From positions 1 to 37,063 of the IMG/VR virus record IMGVR_UViG_3300049140_000079: 37,063 bases of DNA; one strand, written 5' to 3'. Position numbers and translations under genes: made by a program. Below, in pieces: positions 34,440 through 37,063 of this stretch; the stretch's first letter is position 1, and the number at the start of each line of letters is the position of its first letter. The notes below the pieces were generated by a model. That model ran no database searches and was not told the DNA's origin. It saw only the letters and a program-made list of their open reading frames with translations. The stretch comes from a virus (taxonomy: Duplodnaviria; Caudoviricetes).

Positions 34440-36005
34440 TCAGGCCCACACCGCGAACGGCTCGAATGGTTGCTCTTCTGGTTCAGGGGCGGCGATCCGC
34501 CACAGGGCAATCACCATGGCGATACAGCCGTCGATCTTCCGCTTGGACTTGCCCTTGGAAAGGGTGAAGCCGCGCTCACCGGGCCTCATGGCGGCAGACT
34601 TCACGTGCGCGCCCAGGTCCGGGTCTCCGTCGTGGACGACAACGCCGCCCACGATCATCTCCAGCGCATGACCGCACGCTGGCGCCATCCGCTCCGGCGA
34701 CTGCGGGAACTCCACCATGTTGAAGCCCTCGTCTTCGAGCATGCGGGCGGGCACCTCGAAGAACCGCGGGTCGTAGGTGACCTCCACCACCGTGTACTCG
34801 GTGGCCAGGTCGTGCCGGATGTGATCCACCACCGCCTGATGGTCGATCTTTCCCGTGCCGTCCGGGTTCCAGATCTTCGCCTTGACCGCGACCTTGCCGT
34901 CAGGGCGCTCCCAGCCGACCAGCACCGCCACCGAGTCACGGCGCAGCGCCATGTCGACGGCAACCTTGACCTCAGCCTTGTGCGGGATCGAGGCATCTCC
35001 GGCGCACTTGTCCCACGCGCCCGGATAGTCCTTCAGCCAGGAATCCTCAGCGATGTCCACCCAGCGGTTCGCGTAGTAGCGCAGCCACTCATGCCGCGGC
35101 ATCGACGGGCGGCCCCAGTCGTTGACGCGGTCGGCGACGTTCCACAGCACCCCGGCCGCCTTCGACGCAGCCCGTACGGCGACGGCGCGCTGCTCGGGAT
35201 CCTCATAGTCGAGGTCCTCGGGGGCTTCCTGCCAGTCGAAGTACAGCCGCGGCGCCAGCGCCGGGTTCTTCAGCACCCGCAGGCCGCGCTTGTACATGGC
35301 GCCCAGCAGCGAATGGTCCACGTCGAACCCGGCCGTGCTGAGGTTCAGCACCCGGCCAGAGCCGCGGGCCGTCATGCGCTTCTTCGTCGACTTGGAAATG
35401 ACCGTGTGCACGCGCGCCTTGTTCGAGCCGACGTCGCCCCACTCGTGGACCTCGTCACAGATGAACAGGTGCGGGATACCGCCCTCGTTCGTGCCCGCCA
35501 CCGCGGCGACCCGCCGGATCTCGCCCGGCCTGCCGTCACGGAACTGGATCACCTTCTCGTAGACGGCGAAGAACCCGCACAGCGGAGCCTCGGGGATCTC
35601 GTCGTCCCGGCCGCCGACCATCTGCCCGGCCTTGGCGAACAACTCGTCAGCCTGCTCGTACGAGGCGGCGGCGATGTTGATGATCGGGGAGACGGGCGCG
35701 ATCTGCGGCGGGCCGGCGAACTCCAGCAGCGCGATAGCGGCGATAAACGTGGTCTTACCGTCGCCGGTCGCAGCGCCTCGCACGCCCTCGTCGTAGTGCC
35801 ACTGATCGCAGCCGGGGCAGAACTCGTACCAGCGGTACAGGAACTCCTTCTGGTCCTGGCGGAGCTTGAACGGCTGCCCGAACGTGTCCCCCTCAGGGAA
35901 GATCAGGTTGTCCTGGATCCACCGCACAGCCACCCCGCCGAGCGACGGCCACAACTCCCCGCGCATGGGCGCCCACCCGCACGCCGTACACGCCTGCTCA
36001 GTCAT
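34440..36005 (-). CDS. terL: Terminase large subunit
   Basis: Walker A ATGDGKTT, Walker B FICDEVHEW, LSTAG coupling motif, nuclease AVDMA..RD, YDP, KIDG. Confidence 0.95.
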   Translation of the reverse strand: MTEQACTACGWAPMRGELWPSLGGVAVRWIQDNLIFPEGDTFGQPFKLRQDQKEFLYRWYEFCPGCDQWHYDEGVRGAATGDGKTTFIAAIALLEFAGPPQIAPVSPIINIAAASYEQADELFAKAGQMVGGRDDEIPEAPLCGFFAVYEKVIQFRDGRPGEIRRVAAVAGTNEGGIPHLFICDEVHEWGDVGSNKARVHTVISKSTKKRMTARGSGRVLNLSTAGFDVDHSLLGAMYKRGLRVLKNPALAPRLYFDWQEAPEDLDYEDPEQRAVAVRAASKAAGVLWNVADRVNDWGRPSMPRHEWLRYYANRWVDIAEDSWLKDYPGAWDKCAGDASIPHKAEVKVAVDMALRRDSVAVLVGWERPDGKVAVKAKIWNPDGTGKIDHQAVVDHIRHDLATEYTVVEVTYDPRFFEVPARMLEDEGFNMVEFPQSPERMAPACGHALEMIVGGVVVHDGDPDLGAHVKSAAMRPGERGFTLSKGKSKRKIDGCIAMVIALWRIAAPEPEEQPFEPFAVWA

Positions 36006-36525
36006 CGACGACCTCGCCCACGATCCGCAGACCCTGCTCACGGGGGTCCGGCTCGTCATCCTCCTCGACCTCGCCCGGCTCGCTGTAGCGGGCGTTCATC
36101 TGCGCGAGCGACCGCTGCTCACTGATCGCGGCCAGGCCCAGCGAGGCAGCGTTCAGACCGCCGATGCCGAGCTGCTTCTCACAGTCCCGCACGGTGGCCA
36201 TCGCCTGCTCGGCGACCTTGTACAGCGGGTTGATCACCTCTTGGCCCTGCGACCCGGTCACGAGCGGCTGAGTGTCGGCCTCCGCGATCGTCCGCAGATA
36301 CCGGTCCAGCGCGTCGATCCACCGCAGCAGCACCACCTTGGCCGCGGGCGTCACCAGGTGAGCCGGCCGGTCCTCCCAGAAGTCATCCCACGCAGCCTTC
36401 GCAGGCTTCGACAGTCCGCGCGGCGCCGTGAACTTCTCCACCTTCAGCCCGGCCACCACACCGAGGACCTGCTGCCCGTTCCGCTTGTCGATCGCCGTAC
36501 CGGCCGTCTTCTTCGCTCGGGGCAT
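35998..36525 (-). CDS. terS: Terminase small subunit (P27 family-like)
   Basis: APRGLS..AKAAW..GSQGQEVINPL..QLGI; immediately upstream of terL; GGGAGG RBS. Confidence 0.88.
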   Translation of the reverse strand: MPRAKKTAGTAIDKRNGQQVLGVVAGLKVEKFTAPRGLSKPAKAAWDDFWEDRPAHLVTPAAKVVLLRWIDALDRYLRTIAEADTQPLVTGSQGQEVINPLYKVAEQAMATVRDCEKQLGIGGLNAASLGLAAISEQRSLAQMNARYSEPGEVEEDDEPDPREQGLRIVGEVVDD

Positions 36526-36578
36526 ACAGCACCTCCCTCAGTGGACGCAGATTGAGAGGTGTGACGCCCCAGCGGGGG

Positions 36579-36785
36579 CTACTGGTGAACGGCCGCGTCT
36601 TCGGGTAGGCGACACATCAGACAGCCACGCGGTTCCTTATGCGACGTAGGTCCGACCTGCAAGTCAGGGTCATACGGATGCGGGTGCTGGCCGTTGTGTT
36701 CTTTCTGCCAGCCATCAGCGACCAGGCATCCGCACTGATCGCACACCACCGTCCCGTCGATGCCGATCCCCGTATACGCCATCAT
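36579..36785 (-). CDS. Small Cys/His-rich protein
   Basis: CDQC..H..H and H..CLMC..H motifs; GGAAGG RBS. Confidence 0.5.
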   Translation of the reverse strand: MMAYTGIGIDGTVVCDQCGCLVADGWQKEHNGQHPHPYDPDLQVGPTSHKEPRGCLMCRLPEDAAVHQ

Positions 36786-37063
36786 GACCTTCCCTCATCA
36801 GGACGCTGGCTTTCAGGGTAGATCAGCCTGCAAGCTCCTTCTCGCGGGCAAATCCGGGCTGGTGGTACCAGCGAAAAAAGGCGCAAGGGGGACGGGTCAG
36901 GAGCCGCTTGATCGTTTCCCGTGCCGGGGGTGCCCCCCTGGTCCCTCTGCCCTGCCCTGCCCTGTCTGGGCTGACGCTGGGGCTGGTTCAAGGCGTGTTC
37001 GATCTTCGTGGTTAGCTGATCGACGTTGATCGTTCACGTGTTGGTTGGTGTGATGGTCAGGCA

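Larger units (their letters stand above)
1..37063. mobile_element. Actinomycete temperate siphovirus/prophage (partial) carrying a TraB/Spd-type transfer module
   Basis: Contiguous terminase-portal-protease-capsid-tail-lysis operon on minus strand converging with a plus-strand arm of small phage-like genes; no host housekeeping genes in the window. Confidence 0.9.

Noticed and set aside
34227-36125. 632-aa plus-strand ORF
   Set aside because: Antisense to terL, which has all the expected motifs
36782-36991. 69-aa minus-strand ORF upstream of terS
   Set aside because: Low-complexity, no convincing RBS; overlaps the probable cos region

Overview
High-GC actinomycete temperate phage/prophage segment; both element ends, the integrase and the replication genes lie outside the window. 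The right two-thirds (12884-36525, minus strand) is a complete HK97-type siphovirus late operon. It runs terminase small/large, portal, prohead protease, major capsid, an unusually large block of head/neck appendage genes, head-tail genes, major tail, tail assembly chaperones with a -1 frameshift, tape measure and only two tail-tip genes. It ends in a lysis cassette interrupted by a minimal nucleotidyltransferase and a secreted lamin-tail-domain (LTD) protein. The left third (plus strand) is accessory. It holds a Streptomyces-type conjugation module (SpdB2-like membrane/HTH protein carrying 12-bp palindromes inside its own gene, TraB/FtsK translocase, TTAACCC clt-like repeats), small genes separated by a recurring structured hairpin, a second LTD protein, and a Panacea antitoxin plus unknown toxin behind an SOS-box-like site. 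It ends in a palindrome-controlled operon of three HTH-bearing genes followed by a DUF1874/AcrIII-1 ring-nuclease homologue. Most notable are the apparent phage + conjugative-transfer hybrid and the candidate anti-defence operon. All calls come from motif recognition by eye; no searches were run.
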